Shown here: positions 9,393-18,271 of the stretch, piece by piece | Position numbering within the stretch: the stretch's first letter is position 1 | Layout of the letters: every line of letters starts with the position of its first letter | NCBI GenBank assembly: GCA_031459385.1 | Contig: JAVKIP010000012.1 | Location: 1-64,000 of the forward strand | Reading direction: 5' to 3' | Source of the DNA: Candidatus Fervidifonticultor secundus | Lineage (GTDB): Bacteria; Sysuimicrobiota; Sysuimicrobiia; Sysuimicrobiales; Humicultoraceae | Length of the DNA stretch: 64,000 bases | Position numbers and translations under genes: made by a program | The notes under the pieces: generated by a model | Told to the model about the DNA's origin: nothing | The model's database searches: none | The model's input: only the letters and a program-made list of their open reading frames with translations

Positions 9393-10616
9393 TTACTCCC
9401 GCAGCCCGATCCAGTAGGTGTCGGTCAGCCGCTCGCCGGCGGCCGCCCGGACCAGCGCGTCGGTCATCTCGCGCACGTTGGGCACCGTGACCTCGCGGCC
9501 GCCCAGGCCGCAGATGAAGCCCACCACCGGCGGGCGCTGCGGGGCCCCGTACAGGGCCGTGCGCACCTCGTTGGCCACCACGCCGCTGAAGTAGGGCGAC
9601 CCGAAGGAGTAGTCGCGGTCGATGACGCCCACGGCCGCAAACCGGGCCAGGCACGCCTGCAGCGCCTCGGTGGGGAACGGCCGGAACCAGCGCAGCCGCA
9701 CGAACCCCACCTTCCTGCCCTCCTTGCGCATCTTGCGGATGGCGACCTTGACCGGCATGGACAGCGTGCCCATGCCGAGCAGCACCACCTCGGCGTCGTC
9801 GGTCTCGTACTCCTCGAAGAACGGGTTGCCGTAGCGGCGGCCGAAGACGCGCTCGAAGTCGGCGTACGCCTCGCGGATCACCTGGGGCGCCCGCCGCATG
9901 GCGGCGTCGTTCTGCTTGCGGATCTCCATCACCCAGTCCTCGTTGGCCTGCGGGGCAACCGTGATGGGGTTGTCGGGGTGCAGCCGGAGGTCGCCGCGGG
10001 CGTAGGGCGGCAGGAACTCGCGGACGCGCTCGGCCGCCGGGACCCGCACCAGCGCCTGGGAGTGGGTCAGGAAGGCGCCGTCGCACCCGATGGCGCACGG
10101 CAGGAAGACCCGCCGGTCTTCGGCGATGCGCCAGGCCAGCAGCGCCGTGTCCAGGGCCTCCTGCGCCGTGTCGACCCACACCAGCATCCAGCCCAGGTCG
10201 CGCACGGCCAGGGCGTCGTTGTGCTCCACGCCGAACGCGCCGGGATCGTCGAGCGCGCGGTTGCCCACCATGGCCACCATGGGGATCCTCAGCGCCGGCG
10301 TCACGGTCAGCGCCTCGAAGGCGTACATCCAGCCGACGCCCGAAGATCCGACGAAGACGCGGGCGCCCACGGCCGAGGCGTGCTTGACGATCTCGAACTG
10401 CGAGTGCTCGCTCTCGGCCACGATGTACTCGCAGTCCATCTCGCCGTTGGCGACCAGCTTGGCCACGTACTGCATCACCGTGTCGTAGGGCCGGATCGGG
10501 TACGCGGTGATGACGTCGACGTCGGCCAGCTTGCAGGCCACCGCGATGGCCTCGCTGCCGGTGATGAGCTCTTCTTTGTCGCCCAGGGCGACCGCCGGTT
10601 CCTGTACTGTGGCCAT
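9393..10616 (-). CDS. 2-oxoacid:ferredoxin oxidoreductase alpha subunit, oxalate oxidoreductase OorA / PorA-like
   Basis: GGAGG-like RBS then MATVQEP; YPIRP (not YPITP), ESEHS, SSGVG, NRALDDPG and RWFRPFP. Confidence 0.92.
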   Translation of the reverse strand: MATVQEPAVALGDKEELITGSEAIAVACKLADVDVITAYPIRPYDTVMQYVAKLVANGEMDCEYIVAESEHSQFEIVKHASAVGARVFVGSSGVGWMYAFEALTVTPALRIPMVAMVGNRALDDPGAFGVEHNDALAVRDLGWMLVWVDTAQEALDTALLAWRIAEDRRVFLPCAIGCDGAFLTHSQALVRVPAAERVREFLPPYARGDLRLHPDNPITVAPQANEDWVMEIRKQNDAAMRRAPQVIREAYADFERVFGRRYGNPFFEEYETDDAEVVLLGMGTLSMPVKVAIRKMRKEGRKVGFVRLRWFRPFPTEALQACLARFAAVGVIDRDYSFGSPYFSGVVANEVRTALYGAPQRPPVVGFICGLGGREVTVPNVREMTDALVRAAAGERLTDTYWIGLRE

Positions 10617-10618
10617 CT

Positions 10619-11848
10619 CTACGCCCCTCCTGCGCTGGCTTCCGTGGTGTCCTCGCGACCGACCTTCTCCTCGCCGCCGGGGGCCAGGCCGACGGCGGCC
10701 AGGGCCTTGATCTGCTCCTGGTAGAGCCCGCGGAGGCGGAACCCGTGGGAGCGCTCGGGCCGGACCGCGATCTTCTCCGCGACCCACGTCCGGTAGCCCT
10801 CCCGATCCGCCTTCCACATCTCCCACTGGCTGCGGTTGTCGCCAAACGCGCTCTCGTTGACCATGGTGATGCAGTGCTCGATGGGGCAGACCGCCTCGCA
10901 CACGCCGCAGCCGCAGCACGACTCCATGCGGACGTCGTACAGGCCGTCGGGGGTGACATCGAAGCACGAGTCCGGGCACTGCAGCCAGCAGAGCGTGCAC
11001 TTGATGCACTTCTCGAAGTCGATGACCGGCCGCATCGTGCGCGTCGTGAACTTCTTGAAGTAGGGGTTCACGGCCGCCCGGTAGCCGCCGACCTGACCGG
11101 TTGCGGGATCGGTCAGGGCCCCGCCGGTGGGGATGTTGCGGATAGCGATGCCCTCGGGCATCTCGGTCCAGCCGGGCAGCCGGAACTCGTAGGGCTGCGC
11201 GGGGTTGCCCACCCCCGGCGGCACCACCGTGGTCTCGACCCGCGCGTAGGCCTTGCGGGCCGAGGTGACCTTCAGGTCGTCCTTCCACTCCGCACGGATG
11301 GCGGCCTCGATGGCCGCCAGCGAGAGCATCTCCGGCACCAGGCGCGCGATGGTGCCCAGGATGCGGACGTCGGTGTGGTCGTCTTTGTACACCCACAGCC
11401 CGGAGAACGAGGGGATGCCCCGCACGATGGCCAGCTCGTAGGGCACGTCCCTGGCGTGGATCATGGTCAGGAGGTCGTCGAAGCCCAGCATGCTGGTCAC
11501 GACCAGCTTGCCGCCGGGAACCAGCAGCCGGTTCACCGGCTGGAGCCCGTACCACGCCCAGGATTCCACGCCCTTGCACAACGTGTCGTCCACCACCACG
11601 GTGACGTCTACCTGCTTGGGCTCGTACTGGGCCATGCTCTCCTCGAGCGTGAGATCGTCGGGCGCGATGATGGCGAAGTTCTTGGCGGGGATGCCGTTGC
11701 GCTCCGGCGAGTCGCCGTAGCGGCCGAACGAGATCCCGGTCTTGCCCTCCTTGGCCGCCGCCAGCACCAGCCCCCGGCTGATGTGCTTGGCGAGCGTCTT
11801 CTGGAAGATGCCGCGGTAGATGATCTCCACGGCGTAGCTGCGGTCCAT
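10619..11848 (-). CDS. 2-oxoacid:ferredoxin oxidoreductase gamma domain fused to 2x[4Fe-4S] ferredoxin (OorD-like delta subunit)
   Basis: GRYGDSPERNGIP gamma-type segment; CIKCTLCWLQCP and CCGCGVCEAVCP clusters. Confidence 0.9.
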   Translation of the reverse strand: MDRSYAVEIIYRGIFQKTLAKHISRGLVLAAAKEGKTGISFGRYGDSPERNGIPAKNFAIIAPDDLTLEESMAQYEPKQVDVTVVVDDTLCKGVESWAWYGLQPVNRLLVPGGKLVVTSMLGFDDLLTMIHARDVPYELAIVRGIPSFSGLWVYKDDHTDVRILGTIARLVPEMLSLAAIEAAIRAEWKDDLKVTSARKAYARVETTVVPPGVGNPAQPYEFRLPGWTEMPEGIAIRNIPTGGALTDPATGQVGGYRAAVNPYFKKFTTRTMRPVIDFEKCIKCTLCWLQCPDSCFDVTPDGLYDVRMESCCGCGVCEAVCPIEHCITMVNESAFGDNRSQWEMWKADREGYRTWVAEKIAVRPERSHGFRLRGLYQEQIKALAAVGLAPGGEEKVGREDTTEASAGGA

Positions 11849-11852
11849 GCCT

Positions 11853-12605
11853 CTATCCCCCCTTGGCTGCGCCGGCGGGTTCGGGCGCGGGCAGCAGCGT
11901 CTCCTCGATCTGCTCCAGGTGCGTGAGCATGGCGCGGGCGGCGGCCTCGGGGTCGCGCCGGCGGATCGCCTCGACGATCTGGCGGTGCCCCCGCAGCGAC
12001 CGCTGCGGGCGGCCGCGGACCTGCAGGGACCGCTCGCGTCCTTCGCGGAGCAGGTCCATCAGGACGTCGATGACCTTCAGGACGACCTGGTTGCGCGAGG
12101 CGCGCGCGATCATGTCGTGCAGGGCGGTGTCCTCGTCGATGGCCAGGCCGCCGGATTCGATCTTCGCCGCCTGCCGCGCCAGGATCGCCTCCATCTGCTG
12201 GATCTCCTCGGGGGTGGCGCGGCGCGCGGCTTCGCGGGCCATGGCGGGTTCGATCATCTTGCGCACCGCCATCAGGTCGGCCAGCAGGTCCCGCCGGGCC
12301 AGGAGGGCGGAGGCCAGCGGGGCCATGATCGACTCGGAGGAGACCTCGCGCACCACGGTGCCCTCGCCCTGGCGGGGTTCGACCAGGCCCGCCATCTGCA
12401 GCGCCCGGATGGCGTCGCGCACGGAGGTGCGGCTCACGCCCAGGGCCGCGGCCAGCTCGCGCTCGGGCGGCAGCTTGTCGCCAGGCCGCAGGTGCCCCTC
12501 GGCGATCAGGCGCCGCAGGCGCGCGGCGACCTCCTCGTAGACCTTGGTGCGGCGCACCGGCTCGAGGGCCTCGTGCAGGCGTCGGGCAGTGGATTGTTGA
12601 GTCAT
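11853..12605 (-). CDS. FadR/GntR family regulator (wHTH + FCD)
   Basis: GDKLPPERELAAALGVSRTSVRDA; FCD domain with D..LH..IA.AS.N and H..I..AI...DP..A...M..H. Confidence 0.93.
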   Translation of the reverse strand: MTQQSTARRLHEALEPVRRTKVYEEVAARLRRLIAEGHLRPGDKLPPERELAAALGVSRTSVRDAIRALQMAGLVEPRQGEGTVVREVSSESIMAPLASALLARRDLLADLMAVRKMIEPAMAREAARRATPEEIQQMEAILARQAAKIESGGLAIDEDTALHDMIARASRNQVVLKVIDVLMDLLREGRERSLQVRGRPQRSLRGHRQIVEAIRRRDPEAAARAMLTHLEQIEETLLPAPEPAGAAKGG

Positions 12606-12649
12606 CCGCTCAGGAAAGGTCCAGTGGTCCAACGTCTACCCACGCAGGT

Positions 12650-12704
12650 ATCGTCTGCCAGGGCGCGGGGGTTGTCAAGAGGGGGGTCGCCGGAGTTGTC
12701 AAGA
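12650..12704 (-). promoter_or_regulatory. sigma70-like promoter for the FadR-OFOR-tct unit with duplicated TCTTGACAAC
   Basis: Minus-strand TTGACA (12673-12678), 17-nt spacer, GACGAT (12650-12655); a second identical 10-mer at 12695-12704. Confidence 0.5.
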
Positions 12705-12859
12705 AGCCGGCGAGTCCCCCGACGGCCGCACGGGAACCGGGCCAACGGCGTCGGGCGCGCCGGTGCCGCCGCAGCTTCCGACGGTCGCGGGGGCGCGCCG
12801 GATGCGGTATGATGGGCGATGTGACGATGGGCGAGATGCCCTGCCACCGGCTGCGCCGC

Positions 12860-13462
12860 ATGGGAACTCCGCTGCGCGCCCTCGGGCACCGCTGGTCTGG
12901 CGTGGCGGCGCTGGCCGCGCTGTGCCTAAGCCTCGCCCTGCCGGCACCTGGCGCGCCGGCGCTGTTGCGTCCTGCCCTGCCCACCTGCGCCGGGTTGCAG
13001 ACGACGCCCCCGCAGGCCGAGGGGCCGTACTACCGACCCAACTCGCCCGAGCGGTCGTCGCTTCTGGAACCCGGGATGCCGGGCGTGCGGCTGACGCTTG
13101 CGGGCTACGTGCTGGTCCGCCCGTGCCGGCCCGTGGCGCGCGCGTGGCTCGATTTCTGGCAGGCCGACGACCGCGGCCAGTACGACCTGGCCGGCTACCG
13201 ACTGCGGGGCCACACGTACACCGACGCCGCAGGCGTCTACGTTCTGGAGACGATCCTCCCCGGTGTCTATCCTGGCCGGACGCGCCACGTCCACGTGAAG
13301 GTGCGCGCGCCGGGCGGCCCGACGCTGACGACGCAGCTCTACTTCCCCGGCGAGGCCGGGAACCAGACCGACCGCATCTTCCATCCGGCGCTGCTCGTGG
13401 CGCTGCAGGATGCGCCTGCGGGCAGGGTGGGGATCTTCCACTTCCTGCTGGAGGGGCCGTGA
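12860..13462 (+). CDS. Secreted intradiol ring-cleavage dioxygenase-like protein
   Basis: EGPYY, DFWQAD..GQY, LRG, PGVYPGRTRHVH and TTQLYF (Tyr, Tyr, His, His ligands present); hydrophobic N-terminal signal. Start uncertain (12809-12860). Confidence 0.85.
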   Translation: MGTPLRALGHRWSGVAALAALCLSLALPAPGAPALLRPALPTCAGLQTTPPQAEGPYYRPNSPERSSLLEPGMPGVRLTLAGYVLVRPCRPVARAWLDFWQADDRGQYDLAGYRLRGHTYTDAAGVYVLETILPGVYPGRTRHVHVKVRAPGGPTLTTQLYFPGEAGNQTDRIFHPALLVALQDAPAGRVGIFHFLLEGP

Positions 13463-14112
13463 TGCCCGCGCGGTGGGCCGCGATTGCGGCGGCCGGGGTG
13501 CTGATCGCGGCGGCGCCGTGGGCAGGGGCGCGATCCGTCTCCGCCGGCGCCGCGTCCGCCCCCGGCGGAGGGCAGCGGTTCGTCATCGTCCCCGGCGAGT
13601 CAAAGGTGCTCTACCGCGTCGGCGAGGTGTTCCTCAACCAAAACAACCGCTTCAACGTCGCCGAGGGCGTGACCACGGCGGTGCGCGGCGAGATCGTCAT
13701 CGACCGCGCTGTGCCCCGCAACAGCCGCGTCGGGCCCATCACCGTGGACATCAGCCAGTTTCGGTCCGACTCGGCGCGGCGCGACAACGCCATCCGCGAG
13801 CGGTGGCTGGAGTCGGCCCGCTTCCCCCTGGCCACCTTCACGCCGACGGTGACCGAGGGGCTGCCGGCGACCTACGCCGACGGCCAGGAGCTGCGGCTGG
13901 CGATCACCGGCGACCTCAAGATCCGCGAGACCACCCGTCGGGTCACGTTCGACACGGTCCTGAAGCTGGAGGGCACCACGCTCGTGGGCCTGGCCACGGC
14001 GCAGATCCGCATGACCGACTTCGGGTTCGACCCGCCGGCGATCTTCGGCATCCTGCGGGCCGAGAACGACGTGCGGCTCGAGTTCCACATCGTGGCACGA
14101 GCGGCTCAGTAG
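13462..14112 (+). CDS. YceI-like lipid/polyisoprenoid-binding protein, secreted
   Basis: TGATG coupling; signal peptide; SDSARRDN..R..LE..RFP.ATF, GDLKIRETTR.V and I.MTDFG. Confidence 0.9.
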   Translation: MPARWAAIAAAGVLIAAAPWAGARSVSAGAASAPGGGQRFVIVPGESKVLYRVGEVFLNQNNRFNVAEGVTTAVRGEIVIDRAVPRNSRVGPITVDISQFRSDSARRDNAIRERWLESARFPLATFTPTVTEGLPATYADGQELRLAITGDLKIRETTRRVTFDTVLKLEGTTLVGLATAQIRMTDFGFDPPAIFGILRAENDVRLEFHIVARAAQ

Positions 14113-15389
14113 CGGCGCGCGACCAGCAGCGGCACGATCTCCACGCCACGCAGCCTGCCCAGCGCGCCGCCCGCCGCGTCGCGCTCGGTAAACCGGCCCG
14201 CGCCGTCGCCGGTCACCGCTGCGCCGGCCAGCAGCAGCGGCACGGGGTCGGCCGCGTGTCCCCGCAGCGCGCAGGGGGTGGCATGGTCGGCCGTCACCGC
14301 CACGAGCGTCGCGGCCAGGTCCAGCCCTGCCAGGAGCGTGCCGAAGAAGTGGGCGTCGATCTCCTCGATGACGCGCCGCTTGCCCTCGGCATCGCCGTCA
14401 TGGCCGGGCTCGTCGGGGCCCTTCAGGTGCAGGTAGAGCCCGTCGTGGGCCGGCAGCACCTCCAGGGCGCGGGCTGCCCAGGCGCGGTACACCTCGGCGC
14501 GGGGCGCGCCGGCCCGATGCGGGACCTCCACGACGCTCATACCCAAGGAGCGGGCGATGCCGCGCTCCACGGGCATCTCGACGAAGCAGCCCCAGCGCAG
14601 GCCGAACCGCTCCTCCATCGACGGCACGCGCGGGAGATGATCGCCGCCGTCGCGCAGCAGGATCAGGTTGGCCGGCAGCTTGCCCTCGGCGCGCCGCCGT
14701 GCATTCACCGGATGGGCGTCGAGGAGGGCGCGGCTCTTCTCGGTGAACTCGTTGACCAGCGCCGCAGCCGCGCGCGCCTCCGCGGTGTCCTCCAGCGCCG
14801 TGCAGGGCACCACTTCTTCCGTGAACGCGTTGAGCGCGACGCCGAGCCCGCCCACCCGCGCGTAGGCGGGATCGGTGTTGGAGACCTGCGCGCTGAGCCG
14901 GCCCGCCTGCGGGTAGAACACGACGGCGCAGCGGTAGCCGATGGAGGCGGCGACGACCACGCGGGCCGGCGCCGCCTCCAGGCGGACCTGCGCCGTCACG
15001 CTCTCGGCCAGCGCGCGGGCTTCCTCTGCGGTCAGGGTGCGGCCCACGCGCCGGTCGACGATGCGGCGTCCCTCGCCGCCGGTGGCGAAGTTCCCGCGTA
15101 GCGCCAGGTCGCCGTCGTGGAATGGCAGGCCCACGCCCAGGGCCTCCAGCGGCCCGCGGCCGGTGTGATAGCGCATGGGATCGTACCCGAGGATCGCGGT
15201 GACGGCGACGTCGGACTCGGGCGCGATACCCTCGCCCACGGTCGTGACGAGCCCCTGCTGCCCCACGGCCGCCAGCCGGTCCAGGTGGGGGGTCGCCGCG
15301 GCCTCGAGCGGCGTCCGGCCGCCCAGCGCGGGGGTGGGCCGGTCGCCCAGGCCGTCGAGCACCACGTAGAGGATCTTCGCGGGACTCAC
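14106..15389 (-). CDS. apgM: 2,3-bisphosphoglycerate-independent phosphoglycerate mutase, ApgM type
   Basis: VLDGLGD, TPLEAAATP, PESD (catalytic Ser), GRGPLEALG, KGPDEPGHDGD, TADHATP and GH. Confidence 0.88.
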   Translation of the reverse strand: MSPAKILYVVLDGLGDRPTPALGGRTPLEAAATPHLDRLAAVGQQGLVTTVGEGIAPESDVAVTAILGYDPMRYHTGRGPLEALGVGLPFHDGDLALRGNFATGGEGRRIVDRRVGRTLTAEEARALAESVTAQVRLEAAPARVVVAASIGYRCAVVFYPQAGRLSAQVSNTDPAYARVGGLGVALNAFTEEVVPCTALEDTAEARAAAALVNEFTEKSRALLDAHPVNARRRAEGKLPANLILLRDGGDHLPRVPSMEERFGLRWGCFVEMPVERGIARSLGMSVVEVPHRAGAPRAEVYRAWAARALEVLPAHDGLYLHLKGPDEPGHDGDAEGKRRVIEEIDAHFFGTLLAGLDLAATLVAVTADHATPCALRGHAADPVPLLLAGAAVTGDGAGRFTERDAAGGALGRLRGVEIVPLLVARRY

Positions 15390-16270
15390 CGGTCGTCGAG
15401 CGCCGCGAGCGCCGCCACCAGATCATCGCTCAGGGTGCCCACATAGACCTCGGAAGCCGGGCCGGTCATGCGGATGCTCCAGTCCTCGGCCACGTGAATC
15501 CGCAGCTCACCGCCCGGCATGCCGACGGTCACGTCCCGGTCCGCGACCCCCGCGCGCACTGCGGCCGCGGCCACCGCCGAGGCGCTGCTGCCCGAGGCCA
15601 TGGTCTCTCCGGCTCCGCGCTCCCAGATACGGATCTCGATCCGGTCGCGGGCGATGACCTGCGCGAACTGCACGTTGGTCCGGTTGGGGAAGAGCGGGTG
15701 GGTTTCCAGCAGCGGCCCGAGCTGGCGCACCGTGACCCGGCGCAGGTCCGGCACGAACACCACGCAGTGGGGGTTGCCTACCGAGACGCCGGTGAACGCC
15801 AGGCGCTGGTCACCGGCCTCGATCGGCTCGTCCACCACTTCGCGGCGTGGGCCGGCCACAGGGATCGCATCGCTCCAGAACGTGGCGCGGCCGATGTCCA
15901 CCGTCATGCCCTCCACGCGCCCGCCGCGCAGGTGCAGCGCCACGGCGGCCACCCCGCCCGGCGTGTCGATGGTGAACCGCTCGCGGCGAGTATACCCGTG
16001 GTCGTAGAGGAACTTGGCGAAGATCCGCAGCCCGTTGCCGCTCTTCTCGGCCTCGCTGCCGTCGGGGTTGTAGATGCGCAGGCCGAAGTCGCCGCCGCGC
16101 GCAGGCGCCACCGCCAGGATGCCGTCGGACCCGACGCCCAGGTGCCGGTCGCATACGCGCCGGATGACCGCCGGCGTCAGCCGGAAGGTGAGCGCGGCCG
16201 GGTCCAGCACGAGGTAGTCGTTGCCCAGCGCGTGTGACTTCACGATCCAGTTGCGTCCTGCGGGCGGCAT
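15386..16270 (-). CDS. dapF: Diaminopimelate epimerase-family protein with Ser/Ser active site
   Basis: HALGNDY, NPDGSEAEKSGNGLR, GNPHCV and ERGAGETMASGSS; both canonical Cys positions are Ser. Confidence 0.88.
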   Translation of the reverse strand: MPPAGRNWIVKSHALGNDYLVLDPAALTFRLTPAVIRRVCDRHLGVGSDGILAVAPARGGDFGLRIYNPDGSEAEKSGNGLRIFAKFLYDHGYTRRERFTIDTPGGVAAVALHLRGGRVEGMTVDIGRATFWSDAIPVAGPRREVVDEPIEAGDQRLAFTGVSVGNPHCVVFVPDLRRVTVRQLGPLLETHPLFPNRTNVQFAQVIARDRIEIRIWERGAGETMASGSSASAVAAAAVRAGVADRDVTVGMPGGELRIHVAEDWSIRMTGPASEVYVGTLSDDLVAALAALDDR

Positions 16271-16327
16271 CGACGGCGCGCTCCTCCGGTGCTTCCGCCT
16301 GCGGGCGGTCCCCGTACGGGGGTTCGC

Positions 16328-17302
16328 TCAGGCGATGCGCGCGCCCTCCGCCGGCCGGCCCGCGCGCCGCAGAGCCGAGGCGATCACCCGCTCCACCAGC
16401 CGCGGGAACTCGATGCCAGCGGCGCGGGCCGCCTTGGGCAGCAGGCTCTCTCTGGTCAGGCCGGGAATGGTGTTGACCTCCAGCACGACCACGTCGGCCT
16501 CGCGCACGAAGAGATCGACCCGACCGAAGTCGGCGCAGCCCAGGGCCCGGTAGGCCTTGAGCGCGGCAGCCTGCGCGCGCCATACCGCCGCCGGCGGCAG
16601 GCGCGCGGGGCAGATCTCCTCGGCGGCGCCCGGCGTGTACTTGGCCTCGTAGTCGAAGAACTCGCGCGCGGGCACGATCTCCACCAGCGGCAGGGCCACC
16701 GGCCCACCGACGTCCGGGTCGTCCAGGATGCCGCAGGTCGCCTCGACGCCCGTCAGGTACTCTTCCACCAGCACTAGGTTGTCCAGGGCGAAAGCCGCGT
16801 CCAGCGCCCGCGGCAGCTCCGCCGGCGTGCGCACGATGGCGACGCCGATGCTGCTGCCCTGGGCGTTGGGCTTGACGACGCAGGGGAAGCCCAGCGCCTG
16901 CTCGATCTCGCGGAGGAGCAGGCCCTCGCGCAGCGATGCCGCGTCGCGCTCCACCGCCAGCGACGCCGGCACCGGCACGCCGTGGAACGCCATCAGGTGC
17001 CGCGCGCGCCGCTTGTCCATGGCCAGCGCGCTGGCGAGCACGCCCGAGCCGGTGTAGGGGATGCCCGCGAACTCCAGCAGCCCCTGGATCGTGCCATCTT
17101 CGCCGTAGGGCCCGTGGAGGGCGACGAACGCCACATCCAGCCCCTCGGGCGGCATCCAGGAGCCGGCGCGCGGGATCTCCGCGGGCACGGCCTCGTACCG
17201 GGTCCGGTCCAGTGCCTCGAGCACGCAGGCTCCCGTGCGCAGCGAGACCTCCCGCTCGGGCGAGCGCCCGCCCATCAACACCCCAACCCGCAGCCGGCTC
17301 AT
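16328..17302 (-). CDS. ddl: D-alanine--D-alanine ligase
   Basis: GG.S.EREVSL, LHGPYGEDG.IQG, KP..QGSSIG, FDYEAKY and EVNTIPG. Confidence 0.93.
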   Translation of the reverse strand: MSRLRVGVLMGGRSPEREVSLRTGACVLEALDRTRYEAVPAEIPRAGSWMPPEGLDVAFVALHGPYGEDGTIQGLLEFAGIPYTGSGVLASALAMDKRRARHLMAFHGVPVPASLAVERDAASLREGLLLREIEQALGFPCVVKPNAQGSSIGVAIVRTPAELPRALDAAFALDNLVLVEEYLTGVEATCGILDDPDVGGPVALPLVEIVPAREFFDYEAKYTPGAAEEICPARLPPAAVWRAQAAALKAYRALGCADFGRVDLFVREADVVVLEVNTIPGLTRESLLPKAARAAGIEFPRLVERVIASALRRAGRPAEGARIA

Positions 17303-18267
17303 GCCGTGGCCCTCCTCCTGGTGGCCCCGCGCGCGTGCCGGGCGCGCCAGGCCGCGATGCGCTCCTGCAGCAACACCGCCGCGCCGTCGCTCAGCACGCT
17401 GGCGAAGGGCACGGCGCGGACGCCGGCCGGCACCGCGTCGCGGATCCTGGCCAGCACCCGCGGCGCGGCCAGCACCACGTCAGCCTCCGCCAGCACAACG
17501 GCCAGTCCCGCCGGGTCCTCCAGGGTGGCCGTCCGCAGCCGCGGCGGCTGCAGGCCCACGGCCGCCAGCGAGCGCGCCTTGCTGCGCACGCCCTCGGCAG
17601 TGGCGCACACCAGGGCGATGCGGCTGCGGCGGGGCAGGCGGGCGATCTCCTCCAGCGCCCGGAAGTCGGGCCAAGCCATCAGGCCGATGACCTCCAGGCC
17701 GGCGCACCGCTGGCGCACCTCTTCGACGTGGAAGAACGTGGTGGCGAGTAGGTCAACCTCCGCGAGCCGGGCCGGGAGGTCGGCCAGCAGGATCGGCACC
17801 ACCGGCACGTCGGCAGCCCGGCGTACGAGCCGGCCGAAGTAGGCCAGGTCCACCGGATTACACTCGACGAATCCCAGGCGCGGCCGGGCGCGCGTGGGGC
17901 GCCGCCGCGGACGGGCCCGCATGGCCAGCATGGCCTGCAGGTCGGCCAGCTCCACGCCGCCGGCGGCGGCGGTGGCCAGCAGGCGGTCGATCTGCGCGGC
18001 CAGCGCCCGGGCCGCGTGCGCGGGCGGCGGCGTCCAGACCACGACGGTGCCCCGGCCGGGTCGCGCGTCCACCACGCCCTCGGCCTCGAGCTCGGCGTAG
18101 GCCCGGGCCACGGTGTTGCGGTTGATGCGCAAAAACCCCGCCAGGGTGCGGACCGGGGGCAGACGCTGGCCGGCCGGGAGCAGGCCGGCCAGGATCTGGT
18201 GGCGGATCTGGGCCTTCAGCTGATCGGGCAGCGAGGCGGCGGCGCGGCGGTCGAGGGAGAGGCGCAT
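17299..18267 (-). CDS. GntR family regulator (YtrA-like wHTH plus atypical C-terminal domain with FVECN)
   Basis: LPPVRTLAGFLRINRNTVARAY.ELE; the C-terminal domain is neither FCD nor UTRA. Confidence 0.85.
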   Translation of the reverse strand: MRLSLDRRAAASLPDQLKAQIRHQILAGLLPAGQRLPPVRTLAGFLRINRNTVARAYAELEAEGVVDARPGRGTVVVWTPPPAHAARALAAQIDRLLATAAAGGVELADLQAMLAMRARPRRRPTRARPRLGFVECNPVDLAYFGRLVRRAADVPVVPILLADLPARLAEVDLLATTFFHVEEVRQRCAGLEVIGLMAWPDFRALEEIARLPRRSRIALVCATAEGVRSKARSLAAVGLQPPRLRTATLEDPAGLAVVLAEADVVLAAPRVLARIRDAVPAGVRAVPFASVLSDGAAVLLQERIAAWRARHARGATRRRATA

Positions 18268-18271
18268 GAAA

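Noticed and set aside
5600..10724. Very long plus-strand ORFs (5600-8371, 8187-10724) and similar ones (32493-35102, 36503-39124, 40058-42943)
   Set aside because: Antisense shadows of well-supported minus-strand genes; stop codons are scarce at this GC content and the translations have no recognisable motifs.
9393..11579. 728-aa ORF suggesting an extended or fused OFOR alpha subunit
   Set aside because: The first ~320 codons are an off-frame overlap with the delta gene; the real start is ATG 10616 with an RBS. The same applies to inflated ORFs such as 21143-23371, 43618-46017 and 53404-56241.
14106..17302. apgM + ATP-grasp ligase + epimerase as a phosphonate or peptide natural-product cluster
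   Set aside because: No PEP mutase or other biosynthetic genes are present, and Ddl and ApgM look canonical.
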